Part shown: in pieces, positions 1 through 16,685 of the stretch
Layout: each line of letters begins with the position of its first letter
How positions within the stretch are numbered: position 1 is the first letter of the stretch
Source: Polymyxa betae A26-41
Taxonomy: Eukaryota > Protista > Endomyxa: Phytomyxea
Length of the DNA stretch: 64,000 bases
Reading direction: 5' to 3'
NCBI GenBank assembly: GCA_003693705.1
Contig: RBZT01000684.1
Location: forward strand, 115,485-179,484
Made by a program: the position numbers and the translations under genes
The notes under the pieces: model-generated
What the model saw: only the letters and a program-made list of their open reading frames with translations
Databases searched by the model: none
What the model was told of the DNA's origin: nothing

Positions 1-830
1 TCCCAGATCAACACAAATCGGCAATTCTCTTTTAACATCCTAGCGTAGCAGTTGAGAACTAACCAACTGCTGTAATCAAGAACAATTTACACCCGAATTC
101 TATCTACAACACGACGGGCGACTTCGTCGCGTAGATAATGAAAATAACCAGTCGAGTCAGCACGAGCCTTCTGAATTCGCTTCAATCCTGTTCAGCCACA
201 TAAGCAGTAAGATGCTGCAGTGATCTGTATTATCTACTTCGATCAAAAACTTGGGCGCCAGTCGTGGACATGAATCGGCGTCCAACCCATGACAATAACA
301 TTGTGCGCATCTTTTCCGATTAATGTACTCCGATAAGGTTTATCTTCAAGTCAAGAATCAATTCGCCATTCAAAAAGCTGCATCTTGCCTCATGACAGAA
401 TCCAAAAGTCGGAGATATACATCTTTTTCAGCAAGTATTTGCCTTTTCTCTACCAAAATAACTTAAAAAGCGAATTTCGAGACAGAAAGATATCGACAAT
501 TCACAACGAGAAATGGTATAAGATAAAACGTGATCACTTGGGAAAGTTGAGGACAAACTATAGCTGAATCAGCGGAAAAATCTTGAATAGAGCTGGCGAA
601 GGGCATCGGGATTCGGAACGTGATTCATAATCGGAAGTGAAACCACTGACACAACTGTGAGAAGTTCCGAGTTCCAACGGAAGATGAAATATTATTAACG
701 AGGACAGCTGAAAAAGTGCGTGTAGTGCTGAGCCTAGCGGGTAATTGCGTCCGACATGGCCTTCAGTCTTCAATCGATTCTTGCTCAACGAAATCTCCTC
801 TCCTAACACTTTTCAATTTACCAACTAACA

Positions 831-1238
831 ATGTCGTCTGTTGAGAACGCCAGCTCTACCGAAGCCTCAGTCGCTGAAATCGCTGAGACTGTCGAGAAGA
901 CCGTCGATGCTGAGGCCTGTGAAGTTGCCGAGACGTCTGGCGATGCCAAGGTCGATGAAGTAGTTGCTTCTGAAGACGCTGCTGAAACTGAAAACGCCAA
1001 GGCTGAAGATAAGCCTGAAACTGAGAACCCTAGCGAGGAGGCTGCTAACGAAGAGTCCACTGAAGCTGAGAAGCCAGCCGAATGTGGCGAAAAGCGAAAA
1101 GCTGAGGACGTTGTCGTTGAAGAAGATGCCAAGAAGCCGAAGACCACCGAAACCTCCGAAGTCGAAGCTGTTGCCGAGAAAGCCAACGCTGAAACCGAAG
1201 CCAACGCTGAATCCGAAACCACCCAGGTTGCTGCTTGA
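831..1238 (+). CDS. Small acidic, intrinsically disordered nuclear protein (prothymosin-like composition)
   Basis: Intronless 135-aa E/A-rich ORF with biased codon usage, a bipartite NLS-like KRKAED...KKPKT and AATAAA just after the stop. Confidence 0.7.
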   Translation: MSSVENASSTEASVAEIAETVEKTVDAEACEVAETSGDAKVDEVVASEDAAETENAKAEDKPETENPSEEAANEESTEAEKPAECGEKRKAEDVVVEEDAKKPKTTETSEVEAVAEKANAETEANAESETTQVAA

Positions 1239-1382
1239 GGTTCTGGCTAAATAAAATGCAAGTTGGAACTAAACACGCGCTGCTGTTATCTTAGAGTATG
1301 CTCTTGTGAGATCGAGTTAATTATTGTAATGTTTCGGCAGCGCTCGGTTAACAATCATTACCGGCAGCAAATCTTTTTTATG

Positions 1383-1962
1383 ATGTTAAGATTCCCGCTG
1401 CTAATATCTATTTATGAAGATGCGGAGGAGCTCCCTAATATTCACTCAGTTGTCGTGGATGTCCTCATCCGTTGATAATCAGCTTTTTATTCACCATGTA
1501 ATGCTTTGTGACAGCTGTCTGAAATATCATGAGAGAGGTCGAACATACAACTAAATGCTCCCAACAAAGACGGCGTCGTTACGCGAGCAGTTCACGAATG
1601 ATGGTCGTCTCTCTAGTTTTTTGATTAAATTGTACAGGAAAACATCTTCTGACTTAAATGCTTACATTAGTCCACCAAAGGGATTTCTGAACGATTTATT
1701 GATGCTGTGTCGAATTCTCTGAACAATTTAGTGTGCCAAAAAGCATAGCGACTAACGAGATTAACGTGTTTTTGACAAACTAGGTAGGCACAATTTCGTA
1801 CTTGTACACCTTTTCAGGACGCTATCGATTTCGCCTCGTTTGGATACCATCCAGCGGGGAGATCGAGGTTCAAACCGTGCCCGTTATCTCGCCTCAGAGC
1901 TCTGGAACGACGATGAGACCCATCATGCCGGTCATTCCATTCCTGGTTCGCCTATCACCTTG
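1383..1962 (+). pseudogene. Degenerate copy of the GT60 GlcNAc-transferase gene at 16686-18458
   Basis: Pieces translate to MLRFPLLISIYEDAEE (gene: MLRRPLLTSSHEEAEE), STKGISERF (identical), RFRLVWIPSS/RARYLASELWN (gene: RVRLIRMPSS/HARYIASKLWN) and HSWFAYH (gene: HSWFAHH); contains stops, frameshifts and an internal deletion. Confidence 0.85.
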
Positions 1963-2705
1963 CCGATCGCCTGCCAAAGCTACAGTAAAGATGTTGGCTG
2001 ACGATCAACATGGCACGAATCTGGCTGCCTCGAACTCGGTCGCCAGCATGGACGATTTTGTCGTGAAGAAGCTGTGGGATAGACATTCTGCATCGATCAT
2101 TTCATTCTTTGTGATGGGATGTTGTCTGATAGGTCACCTGATCCTCTCAGCGACTAAACGGGCGCATAACACATCAGACAGGCGACGTTTCATTTTCAGT
2201 GAGACCTACCAAGATCTAAATGGATTACCACGCGAGGAATCTTCAGGTTTAGATCTTAAAAGTCATAAGATTAGGTGCTATTTCGCTGATCAGGTTCGTC
2301 AATGGGTGCTCTCCCTGAGTGTATAGCCGAATTATGAGAAAACACGTGCTGAGATTGTCAGCCGCCATACGAATGACTGTTAGTATATGTCTCAATGCAA
2401 CAAGGGCATTACTCTCATGATGAGGATCGATGGATTTCATACATACTTCAGATCTACTGTTTCATGATTTTTATGAGAGTGAAACGGAATGTATGAGCTA
2501 CGACCGTTTACTCAATTCGCTTGCTTTGCCGTTGTTCGGCCGTACCTGGAGACTCGTTGGGTGGCTGCTACCCCTTGGATCCATTCCAATTAATGTTTGT
2601 TGATTGCAGTTAACCAAACTGCAATCATACTGCTGATATGACATTCATCCATATGGGAGCTTTTATTACTGGTGCTTATTACAACTGGTGCTTATTACGG
2701 AAAGG

Positions 2706-3431
2706 TTAAGACGAAAATATGTCGAAGTCCTCCTCCATATTGCCGGAAGTTGGACCCAGCGAAATGCCTGCGGAGAACGGCATCGATCGCGAACCATCTC
2801 CAGCGCCACCAGGGTATGATATATTCGAAGCTCCAGGCAAAGTGGGTGTGAATGGCACTTGTGTGAAATCGAATGGCGCCGAAACCATCTCTTTGCAGGA
2901 GATTAGACGCCACGAAACGACATTCTCAGCAATTGATCTCACCTGATGTTGTTGGCGGCATGACGGGAGGCTGGGAGCCCGGGAACTGAGCTTGTTGCAG
3001 ACAGCAAGTGACTTTCGCTAGTTCTGCTCTCAAACTGGCCTTTTCCGATCGGAGGTGCTCGTTCTGGGCTCGAAGCGCGCTAATCATGTTGATGGCTTCG
3101 CTCAGGATCGTAAATTTCTCGGTTTTGTTCGATTGGCCCAAATTGAGGATGTTGCTCATCACCTGAGTTTTGACATTAGGCGTATTGAGGCGCTGTAATA
3201 TTGTCTAACCTCGAATCGATTGTTGAGCTCAAAGCGTCGCTGCTTTTCACGGTCGTTCTTGCGAAGCTTTCTTCGTGAGATCCCTGCCTTGACGTCGGCA
3301 GGTGTTGCTGCTCGCTTCATTCCGCGATTCTTCCTACCCGGTTCGCCGGATGACCTATCGTCGTCATCATCGGAGACGCTGGAATTCCTAGAAAATGGCA
3401 ATCCGGATGACTGGACTTTGAAGGATTCCAT
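2706..3431 (-). CDS. bHLH-leucine zipper transcription factor (3 exons)
   Basis: Basic region RRKLRKNDREKQRRFELNNRF, helix 2 KTEKFTILSEAINMI, heptad zipper LRAQNEHLRSEKASLRAEL; two GT-AG introns restore the frame. Confidence 0.85.
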
Positions 3432-4076
3432 CAAGGAAGCGGCAATATGGGATTTTGCAGCAGCCGAAATCAGGGTACGTTCGAATGATTGGGGCTGACA
3501 GGTCGATCTAATAATCATTCGATCTGTATCTAATCGTACGATCTGATATGAGTAAATGTTACAGAGAACGTCCCCATAATACATTCGGCATCTTCGTCTC
3601 TTTATCGAGCTCGTACCTCAGTAAATGGAACAATACGCGATCGAAACTCTCATGGGCAGCTTAGAATGCGGATTAAGTGTTCCTGAAAGACAAACTTAGA
3701 GGTTTTGATAGGCGATAAACTGGTCTGTTAAGCGGAAGCCAGAATACTTTACTGACAAAACGAAGTTCTGTCTACCAGAAGGACCGGGACTTGTAGATTG
3801 CTAGCTCATCTATGTTGTTTTGGCTCAAACTTCATTTCACCAAAACTGCGTCTTGCTGAACCAAACAAATCCATGCATGAATTCCAAATCAGAAATTCCA
3901 ATTGAATATCTTTTTCATCTAAAACGACTTTGATTGATTCTAAACCATTATCGCAACGTAAACCAGAAACAAAAAGGCACCAAGAATAAAATGAAATGTC
4001 AACACAAATCAACAATCAGGTGTTTGTTAATAATCTCTGTATACAATGTATGATTGAAACAAATACGATATACGAT

Positions 4077-6346
4077 TTAATCTTCATCGTGACCAACGGG
4101 ATCTTCACCATGACGGTCTTTGGACTGGGGCCGGCCAGCACGCATCACTTCATCTACGAGAAGCAATTTGGTGGCAATGATTGACCCGAGATGTAAGAAT
4201 TGCTTCTTCACTGTAACATTGTCGTTAATCTGGGCATCGACAGCACACATTGGTTTGCCACTGGTTAGATCCAATCCAATAGCACCCTTAGCGCCTTCCT
4301 GATTCTGTTTGGCCTAACCGAAAGTCACGTTGCATTCTGGCAGCTAGACTGGTTTTCCAACCTCGTCGATCAGCTCCAAAAGAGATTGCTGAACATCCAG
4401 ACCAGCATTGGCAGCAAGAGTTTTCGGAATCACCAGAAGCCCATCAGCGAAGGCCTGGACTCCAAGCTTCGCTCTGCCTTTAACAGTTTCTTTGAATTTC
4501 AAAAGGTTCAGGTAAGCGGCTACTTCGAAAGCTCCAGCTCCTGGAACTGAGAAGCATTTTCTATCAATTTAAAGCACGTCGTGCATAACGAGCAAACTAA
4601 CCGAATGCCCTATCCAGAATGCAATTACGGACAGCTCGAAGACCATCTCGAATGGCGTCCTTAATTTGTTCGATTGTGTGCTTATTCGGACCTCGAATGA
4701 GAATCGTGCAACTCTTACTAAGCCCAGCAGTCTCGATGAACGTGTATTTGTCGTCGCCCATGCTATGCTCATAAACGGACTGAGCAAATCCCTTGCAAAC
4801 TTCATCAGGGCCTTGCTTGACAATGATGATGATCAGCTTACCAAGCATGAGGGCTCCAGATCGTCAACAGAGTTGACGGCATAACCTCCACAAGCCAATG
4901 CCAAACGCTCCATATTACGCCGTTTAGCACGACGAATGCCAACGATGCCCTACAAAGGTGAATAGAACATTACAAAGAACGGAATAGAACGTACAGCTTT
5001 TTGCAAAAGGTCGAGGCTGACAGGATCGATGCCTTTCTGGTTGATAACAACGAATCCGTATTTTTCCTTGTCACCAACACAAACCTGCTTTTTCAGAGCG
5101 ATGATTTTTTTAACACGATCATCTGTGAAAGCCTTCAAAGTAAAGTGAGTTGCTAAGAAAACAAACAAACAAGACGTTACTCTTTCAGCAGCAACCATTT
5201 TTTGGCGTTCTTCGGCAGAACTGTAGAAAAAACCCGAATTCACCTAAAATCGTGAGTCCATCTGTACCGAAGAGGAAGTGTTTCCCAATACCTCGGTCTT
5301 TTCGTACTCCAGCGAGACATTACAAGTTAGAATGAAAGCATTCTCAATCGATCTGGACAAGAAAGTGTTGAAAAAGCCTTCAGAAAACCCATGTAAATAA
5401 TCCTACCGAGGAGCTTGGGGATGTCGGGCGCCATGGTCCAGAACAAGACCTTTGACCAATTTTGTATCCAGATCTGATTTGGTCTTGATCTCCATAATCT
5501 CAACCATGTGCAGATCAATTTCGGCGCCGCTCGTTACTGCCAACACCTTCGGAGTGCAATTAACAATTTGGCGTATCTGGAGCAACTAAATCTCGTAACA
5601 TACAGCTTCGACAACAGCTTCAGTAAGATGATCAGCAAGATCACGACGAACTTTGGTTCGCAATGAAGTTCGGGCTGTGGCTGTGAGAATCTTCTGCAGC
5701 TCCTTTCGATTCTCAACATCAATGGGGATGGTAAATTCCGACAAAAATCGATTGGTCTCGTCACGGGCCATCTCCATTCCCTGACAAGCAACTTGGTTTA
5801 CATAATAATGAAAAATGTGAATTCTACCTCCACAAGCAAACGAGGGTGAAGTCCATCCATAACATATCGTTCAGCTTGCTTTAGCAGTTCACCTGTTGAT
5901 ACAATAACGATTCGGCAAAATAAAAAGTAAAAATATTGCATTACCGGTAAACAGGACATTGGAGGTGGTTCCATCACCAGTAATATCATCTTGGGCTGTC
6001 GCAGTGCGGCCGATAAGGGCAGCAGTTGGATGTTGAATTTGCTGCAAAAGAATTTAGGGGATGGTTAAGCATAACGGTTTAGATACCATGAGGTGTAAAA
6101 GTGCATTGCCATCTTTAGTTAGTTTGATATCACCACCGCCCGAAACCAACATCTTAATGGTCCCCATCGGTCCCAGGTTCGAAGACAGCACATTCTGCAT
6201 AGATTTAGCGGCACCGATATTGATCTAGGCGGCAAATCAGAGCCACTGGCACTGCGACGAAATGGTCTAAGCGTCACCTGCAGGGCGACATTGGACCCTC
6301 CGATCCGGTCAGCGTTCGGGTTCAAGGCGGCCAAGCTGGTGCTCAT
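4077..6346 (-). CDS. CCT6: T-complex protein 1 subunit zeta (multi-exon)
   Basis: [64 protein letters not shown] motifs across exons. Confidence 0.95.
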
Positions 6347-6601
6347 GACGATGGTTGTCTGGTTTATATAACGACGACAATGATGTGTGGACGCACCTTC
6401 AAGGGCAGCCGCGGCGCAACCAAAGTCCGTCACTACTCACTCATGCAACGTTACGTCTTCTGCGAATTTTATGGACATTTCTTTGTAACCGAAAATTTCT
6501 TCTAAAAGGCGGCAATTTTCGAGTCGTCGCTTGCAAGAATCACGCCTCAGGGCCTTCGCTCTCTGTATTCAAACGCTGTCTCGGAAGAAAGGCGATCGCG
6601 A

Positions 6602-9600
6602 ATGGCCGATCGTCTTGAGAAGGAGTCTCCGTAGCAATGGAGTGCGGTTTGAACCCGTTATAGACTTGTTTCTGTATTGTTTTGTGGTAAGTCAGGAGGG
6701 CTACAGCAACTCCAGTTTCTCCTGATCGAATTCGCAATCATAATCGCTATCGCGCAGCTCAAAAGAGCCCTTCAGCAAGAGTCTGTCGATATGTCCACGC
6801 TAGAAAATTTAGTGTGCTCATCTTTCCGATGCGGTTGCTAATGCGCTTTGCTCTTTGCGGCTTGGGCGGGAAACAATTTTCTCAATGCGATTTATGAAGA
6901 GGTATCGACTGTTTTGCCGTCATTCATGACAGAGAACTTGTACGGCACATAGAACCTATGCAAATCTGCATCTTTACATTGCTCGTGCTTGCTCTCGGCG
7001 CTGTGGTTGAAAGGTGACCAAAACCAATGGGCTTGAATGTTCAGGTCTCATCATTTCACATGCAATCTTTGTTATTGGCCATCGGATGTACTTGCACGTA
7101 TGGATGTGTCGTGGTCTCTTTCCTGTCAGCATTCTTTCAATTCTTGACAATTGTACGGTGGAGATCGGCGCCTTAGCAAAATCTGGTCCGAGATATTTAT
7201 CATGATCGGGGCTCCCTGTACTTTATGTCGTCATCGCAGGTGCCTGAATCCATCACTGTTTTCGTCAGGGATCCATTCCCCAGCGATACGCTCGGTACTT
7301 TTGTCACCAGCTTATGGTTGATTGGCTCAATTCCTGTTACAGACGAAAGCGACAGCGCCCATCCGAATCCCGACGAACCATTCGATCATGGCTTGAAACT
7401 GGCTGAACATAAACCGAACCTGTTATGCCCCTTAAGCCCATTAAGCCGATCACGGCTTCAGAAGACTATCTCCAGGACCGGGTTTGATCAGCCTGTAAGG
7501 CAGAATCGCTGCAGTTCAGACTGCCTCTCTCATTGTCGAATTAGTCATTGGGCAAACCGCGAATGTCGACGTCAGAAATCATCCAGTTAGCGAACGCCCC
7601 CATTACCGAGGCGGCTGCTAAAGATTTAATGGATCGCGGTTTCTACGCCCAATCATCGGCCCGTTATTCGCAACTCGCCGATTCGATACCCGGCGACGGG
7701 CGGATCCGTCGCCTGAGCAATGTCGCAGCGTAATCGCCAACAAAAGTATCGTACTGACAGAAGCTGATATGGACATTCAGCTATCTATCAAACGATTATT
7801 GGGGCCCGGTCGTCCCTCGAATGTGGTCGCGGTTCCTGCGATTGGGCGGCAACGAGGAGATCCCCAGCCTTGTGGCGAAAGATTTCGCTGAAGCGGTCGC
7901 CGAGGACTCTGACTATTTGTATCAAAACGGCCAGTATCACGCGTCTTTAATGGCGCTTGATGTCTGCGCCTGTATTGTTGGTCATGAGCCTCTTCCCGTT
8001 CTAGAAGGTTGAAATTAATTTTCGACTTTTTTGTATTGATGGCCTCACGTTTACCTTTTTCTTCGCTCTGTTGCTAAGTTCCAACAAACCAGGACAGAAA
8101 CTCGTCAGTTACAACCTGTGCAAGGAATTCCAGTTTAACGAGCGGTTCCGTGCTCGAGTTCAAGACATATTTAACCGGCTAGAAAAGACGAAGGCCGTCG
8201 GATCCAACAGCCGAATTGAGAAGCTCCGGCAGCGTTTCGTCTTGTTGGAAAAGTCGGTGTATCGTGGTCTGGAGCAGAGTGAAGGAATTTCACCGCTTGT
8301 ATTGCATCTGGTCGATATTGGCCGATTGTTCGATCAAGGCAATACTGAAAGTCACGACCTGGCCATGTTCTGTTTCGATGCCGCTGCTGCATCCGCTAAG
8401 TCGGATCTAGACCGAACTTACATCGAACGTGCGATCGGGCGATACAAAGTCGATTTCGCCAAAACGAAGTACGTCGTCCTCTCTAGACCGCCCCTAAAGT
8501 TCTGTTACTGAACAGTGATCGTTCAGAGGAGATTTGATGGAAAATCAGCGCCAGGTCATGCAGAAGTTCATGTCGGGCGTGAAATCGCTTCGTCAAGGGA
8601 GCGTTGCCGGAGCCCTCGCCGAACTCAATCAGGCCCTGCGTTTGTCTCCCGACAACGCCGCCTGCTTCGCCAAGACACTCGAAGCTCGCGTCGCTGTCGA
8701 TGCGAGCGCCGCGGTCGACGCCATTCAACGAATCAGCACGCTGCTTGTTGACGGTTCAGAATTGGATGCCCAATGGTGTTTGAAAGTCGCATCCGATCTT
8801 GTCGAAGCGAACATCGCCGGTATCAGATTATTCAAAGAAAAAATGTTTGTAACGAATCACTAGGATTGGCTCCAGCTGTGCTGAAGGAGATGGCCTGGAC
8901 CAGGCAACAATCGCAATCGAAGCAGATCGGATCAATCCAAGATCGGTTGGTGGAATACGATCTACGCGTACAGGCCAATGCTGAGTTCGCAGCTGGCAAC
9001 CTGCCCGAAGCGGCAGCATTGTACGCGAAGATTGGCCAATCTGCAAAGCAACATCTTGCAGACGTCCAATCCGTCACACAAGCATTGGAGCTTTCACGAA
9101 AGGTAAAATGTCATGTTGAGTTCTCCCTGATGACAACCGAATTTCTTTTTCAAAAAAAATGCTGACTTTAGACTTCTTTTCCAAAAATGTTTTTTCTCTT
9201 TAACAAGCGATTTAACAAGCGACTATCATGGCTCTGAAGGTTGTCTTTGTTTGGCTGTAGACAACGGCCAGACCCGAAGCGATTACGTTGATTAGGAGTG
9301 TCCAAGAGAGACACCTCGATTTGACCAAATTGCAAGACATGATCGACGACCAGACTCGGAAGTACCTGGCCGGCGCCATCTATCCATTATGGCGAAAGCA
9401 TGCCCTGGAAGAGCTACGGACGACATCGCATGGCGCCATTGGCCTCGTTCTGCTTCAGCAGCATGCACTGAGATACGCTGAACAAAGCGGCTTACCCGAT
9501 CTCGTATCTGATGCGAACAAATTGATTTACGCCGCCACTTTAAGAGCACACGCTGAACAAATTCTGAACGACGAATCGGTAAACGAAATAGTCGGCTGTT

Positions 9601-10489
9601 GGTCTCAGCTTTCAAAATTTGTTTTTTAGGCGAGCGAGCAAGCGGTTAAAGATGCAAGAACAATGTGGATAGAGTCGAAAGAGACAATCGGAGGCGAAGG
9701 CGAAGTACCGAGCAGCGTATCGCGTCGTTTGGCAGGGATGGAATCAGTCAAAGAAGCGTTCGAGACCATTCAGGTGTCGTTAGATAATGGCCGTTTACAG
9801 CGTGCCCAGCGACTGATTAGCTCGATCATGGCCGTGGATCCTGGCCATCCCGATATTCGGCGATATCAACAAGCGTTGAAATCGGCACGAAAGAACCGCG
9901 ACAAAGCTCGTGCTGAATATGTCGCTTCTTGCGAGGTCGTATAATATGCTATTCTTGATTAAGCAACAACTTTCATTTTGCAATTTCGACTATGCTATCG
10001 AAACCTTTTGCCGATTAAGTGTATGCAGGCTAAATATGATAAAGATTGGGAACAAGTTGTGCAGCGACTTAGGACAGCTCATCAGCTTAGACCGTGTGAA
10101 TTCTATAAAGGGCAACTACAGCATGCAGAATCGATGCTGGAATGGCAAACGCCTTCTATCGATATTCACCATCAGGTAACGATGAATAGCTCATTGTCAA
10201 ATTTTCTTCTCATGTTGATCAACAGATTTCCCAGTTGATATCTCAGAAGAACTGGAACGAGGCCAAAGAATCTGTGGAGCGTTTGGCTCAGATTAGGACG
10301 GACGAGATAGCTCTCGATCGGTTACGGGCGTTTGTCGAGGTCGGCTTGGAAGATGAAGAGCGGAAGTTATCACAGCAAGAGAACATCAAAACAGAGCAAT
10401 CACAAGCTGAAGAAAGCGCAACTATTTTGTCGTCATCTCGAAACTCGGCCGCTCCTCATCAGTCTGCTTCAACTAAAGCTGAGCAGTGA
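6602..10489 (+). CDS. Large multi-exon alpha-helical/TPR-like repeat protein of unknown function
   Basis: Chain of + strand ORFs separated by short introns, with TPR-like helices (GALAELNQALRLSPDNAA; ANAEFAAGNLPEAAALYAK; IMAVDPGHPD); 5' end uncertain. Confidence 0.55.
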
Positions 10490-10494
10490 ATCAA

Positions 10495-10538
10495 AATTAT
10501 GCACAGGGGAGCGAACAATTATGCACAGGGGAGCGAAC
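10495..10538. repeat. 22-bp direct tandem duplication in the 3' flank
   Basis: AATTATGCACAGGGGAGCGAAC x2. Confidence 0.9.
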
Positions 10539-10994
10539 TATCCAATTCTGTCATCAATTAAATTGCTTCAAACCTAGACATGCAGAAGCTGGCTTCATCT
10601 GATGTCCGCTTTCACTTTCTTAAGTGTAATATATTATAGATGAACAGAGCCTGCCCGTGACTTCGACAACCTGGAGCAAGACGTTGTCCAATAGTGCATA
10701 GCGAAAATTCAGACCAGGTTCACCTTGTCGGAAATATCTATAGAGTCTAGATTTCCAAGATCGTTAGAAACAGTCAACCAGATGGAAACATTGATTATTC
10801 ATATGATGAGCTGGTTAGGCAACCAGCTGCTTAGCTAACAGGGTCTGGGTTTACTTTCCGATATTTCTGCTTTCATAACAGTGATGAGTATCGGAGTGCT
10901 GGTTGGCGTCATTGAATGAATCACATTTGTACCTATAAGTCTCATACAGCTGTTTGTCCGTAAATGTGAATTTCTGTGTGCAGCTTTGATGGTA

Positions 10995-12412
10995 ATGGCG
11001 TCTCCGGTGTCGGCAGATCTGGATCTCTGGGTGCGTCCTAATAAAGCCATTAAACGAATTGCCGACTGACACGATTGCTCCAGATCCAAAATCTTAGCGC
11101 CTTCTTTCGCTCTCCTATCAAGACATTGGGAACTCGATGGTTCGAGATTGGATTGACAACATCCAAATGGGCGATCCGGGCCCTGATTGCAGGCTTGGTT
11201 TTAGCGTTCTGCTTATTCTCGGCGTCATTAGTCTTCACTTGGATTTACTTTACAATGATGCCTGTTAAACATTTAGAGAAACAAGCCTATTTTGATTTTT
11301 CGAAAGACTCCCCCGAGGCGCTAGTCTCGCTTATGGGCAACCAATGGGAATATAAAACTCCAAGCCCTTACAATCTACAGCCCATCTTGACCTTCTTAAC
11401 ATCCGGGGTTCCTTACGACGTTGATGTCGAATTCACTGTGGCAAACCAAGTCGCCAACTCTCAATCGGGTATGCTTATGATCGAGGCGACGGCCGAGCAT
11501 GCATATCGCGATCAAGTGCAGACTGTGGCACATTCCAAACGCCCAATTGAACTTCAAAAAGTCCCAGCCGTTATTCAGCTGATTCGTGATTCGTTCATGC
11601 TGTTCCCCATGCTGATCGGGCTTTATTCGCCTTCAATCCGTGTGAAAACTCGGGTTTTCGAAGTAAATTTTGCTATTGGTTTGTTGGAATTGTCCTTAAT
11701 GTTATTGTAGAGATTCGTAGATTACCAGCAGTTCCCGATTTCAACGATGAACTTAACATTAATCAGAGCACCTACGCATCTTGGGGAGCTTCATTTGACA
11801 AATGCTTCTTTGACGTTCTCCTTACATCTATCTGGATGGCGCTTCTTATTCTATAACTACTTCTGGACGTCGGCGTTCATACTAATCCCGATTTTGTCTG
11901 TAGTTCTGTTTCTGCTTGCTTTAACAGGCTACTTTACAATGACCACAAAACCAACAACAACGAAGCAACCAGCAGTCGAGGAAGAAGAAACTACTATCGA
12001 ATCTGTGCCAACAAGCAGCTCGCCTTCGCCGTCCCCGCTTTCCGATGGGAAATTTAGTTCGTCGAAACCTAACATCGGAATTACACGTCGTTCGCCTAGA
12101 GACGGCATCGTGGGGAATGATGATGATGACGAAGTCGTTGTAGATGACGGTAAAGTTGTCAATGCTGGCGATCCTCATACTGTGGAGCCGTTTCCAGTAG
12201 CTTCTAAGACGCATTCCATTGATGACGAAGATGAAAGCAGCGATCTACCTACACTGTCCGAGGATGATGCCAAATCTTCTGAACATGATCGAATCGATGG
12301 GCGAGCTATGAGCGATTTTGAACAAATCACGAATGACTTTGAAGACGACATTACAGTGGCATCATCTCCTGAAAATGATGGCAAAGTTGACGTTCATCAC
12401 GACAACAAATGA
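10995..12412 (+). CDS. BSCL2: Seipin (lipid droplet biogenesis protein)
   Basis: Two TM segments flanking a lumenal domain (YFDF, GVPYDVDVEF, N...GMLMI, LTFSLHLSGWRFLFYNYFWTS) and an acidic tail; spliced start MASPVSADLDLW. Confidence 0.85.
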
Positions 12413-12486
12413 TTTTTAGATGCTCTTAAATTATTTGGTTTGTTCACGATTCCTATCTATTTGATAAACATCTCTTCAACTGGCTT

Positions 12487-13508
12487 TTAGATTAACACGA
12501 ATTGCCTGTCACCAGAATACTTTGGCAAGCCCACGAGGCCGAATTTTTGCACCAAAGTTGGCGGTAAGAAGCGGCCGCCAACGTAATGACGACCTGAAAA
12601 CGATCGGGAGCACAGCTTGGGTGCTGACAACGATACCAACACAGAAGGCTTCACTGCCAGTTCGCTGTCATCTGGACGTTCTGTGTCTATTTCAGAAAGG
12701 CGATTCTTTCAGCGTGAATCCTACGACCTTGATCTACAGTCATCCCAGATGGGACGTCTACAGAGATGCAAGGCAGTCCAGATTCATTCAGCCATTTTGT
12801 CAGAGCATCGAATGGTGATCGAAGAGACCCATGAAAACTGAATCCGAACATGGCATCAATTGCCAAATCTACACCTAAAAGCGAGCTCAGCATTTCTCAA
12901 TCCAGAGATACAGAAAATCTGAGATCCATAAGCAATCGCAATTCTGAGCACCTTGGTTTAGAATGTCGTCTGGTAATTTTGAGTACACTGTAATGTCGAC
13001 ATCTTTGCATTGCATCAATAAACGCTACGGAAGGATGTTAAGCAAAATGACGTGATTGTGTCATAGCACACCTAACCTCATAGATTCCTTTCTTAGGCGG
13101 TGTTGGATACACCACTATCGGCTTCAAACCGAATTGTGCTAAATGCCGCGCTGCGACTAAACCATCACCGCCATTATCTGCTAGATTCAGCAAATAATAA
13201 TGTTAAGTCAAAACATACTGCCAGGCCCGCAGATAACTAATGGACGACGTGCGTCTGGATAGGCATCGATTGTCGCAGAGGCGACAGATAGACCAGCAAG
13301 CTCCATTAGCTGGTCTAACGAGAACCCATGAATAGCCATGAGGTCGTCATCGAGCGACATCGCTTTGACAGCAGTCAGATACGGCTGAATCAGTCTGGTT
13401 AACATCAACAGGCGGCCGTGAAACCGGGTATACCACAGTTGACATGAAATTGGCTCGGTTAGCTGACGTTAGAAATGTTCGAAATGAAGAGAAAAGAGAC
13501 AGTGTCAT
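12487..13508 (-). CDS. NAXE: NAD(P)H-hydrate epimerase (YjeF_N family)
   Basis: GFSLDQLMELAGLSVA, ICGPG-NGGDGLVAARHL, DAMFGFSF, ISVDVPSG, HYVGGRFL motifs. Confidence 0.92.
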
Positions 13509-13971
13509 TGTAGGAAGGTCGCAGTTTTGTTCAAAACTCCAGCTTGGAATGTGGCTGTTCATATCGAGCATAGCTTGTGTTTGAAACTGTAGAGAATCTT
13601 TCCTAACCTGGAGTCAGAGGGTTTGAACCTTTTCGGTCGTAGAAGCGATGGCGGGGTGCCATGGCCATCCTGTTTGCGTCATTCACCAGAATTGCTGATC
13701 ATACCGAGGACTTCGGCTAATCTGAGCATTACACCATATATAATTACAATCGTTTTACTCTGTTATCCGTCAATATTAACTAACATTTCATCAAGCTCCA
13801 AAGTGCTTGGTGAATGATAAAACGAAATGCGCAGAGCTTAGTACATGAGCTTAAGCACAGGGGGAGTGACTTCTTTCATCTTCCTGATTTTTAAGTTGTG
13901 TTCTCAATAGTGCTTGAAGCAATCCAAAAATTTTGGAAGTTGCGATTCATATCATTATCGCCGAAGGCTTC

Positions 13972-15482
<1,511 letters not shown>

Positions 15483-15693
15483 ACGAATATAAAATGCAAA
15501 ATGAAATTATTTTTGGCAGTTGCAGCCCGCAGGCTGTCACAGAGGGGCGGCGTGGCCTCCTCCATAGCAGGCACTCACACATAGCCGCATCATATTGTGC
15601 GCATATCTGCTGCATCTAATATTCGTCGACCTGATAGCATTGCACAATCAATACAAAGTCGTGATCGTCGCTTGGTAATCTGGTCCCGAAGCG

Positions 15694-16526
<833 letters not shown>

Positions 16527-16685
16527 TCGATCTAATATAAAGCCAACAAAGTCAAGATTACAATTTACTGTCGCTCTCAATCTCCTAATACATTTCGCGC
16601 GATTGTCGTTCTCATTCAGTAAGGCGTTGCTACGATGGTTTCAGTTGGGCGCTGCTTTGTCTTTGACTGAAACACTATTATGGGT

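Noticed and set aside
1802-2326. 174-aa ORF
   Set aside because: Its 5' part is an out-of-frame read-through of the GT60 pseudogene; no independent protein signature
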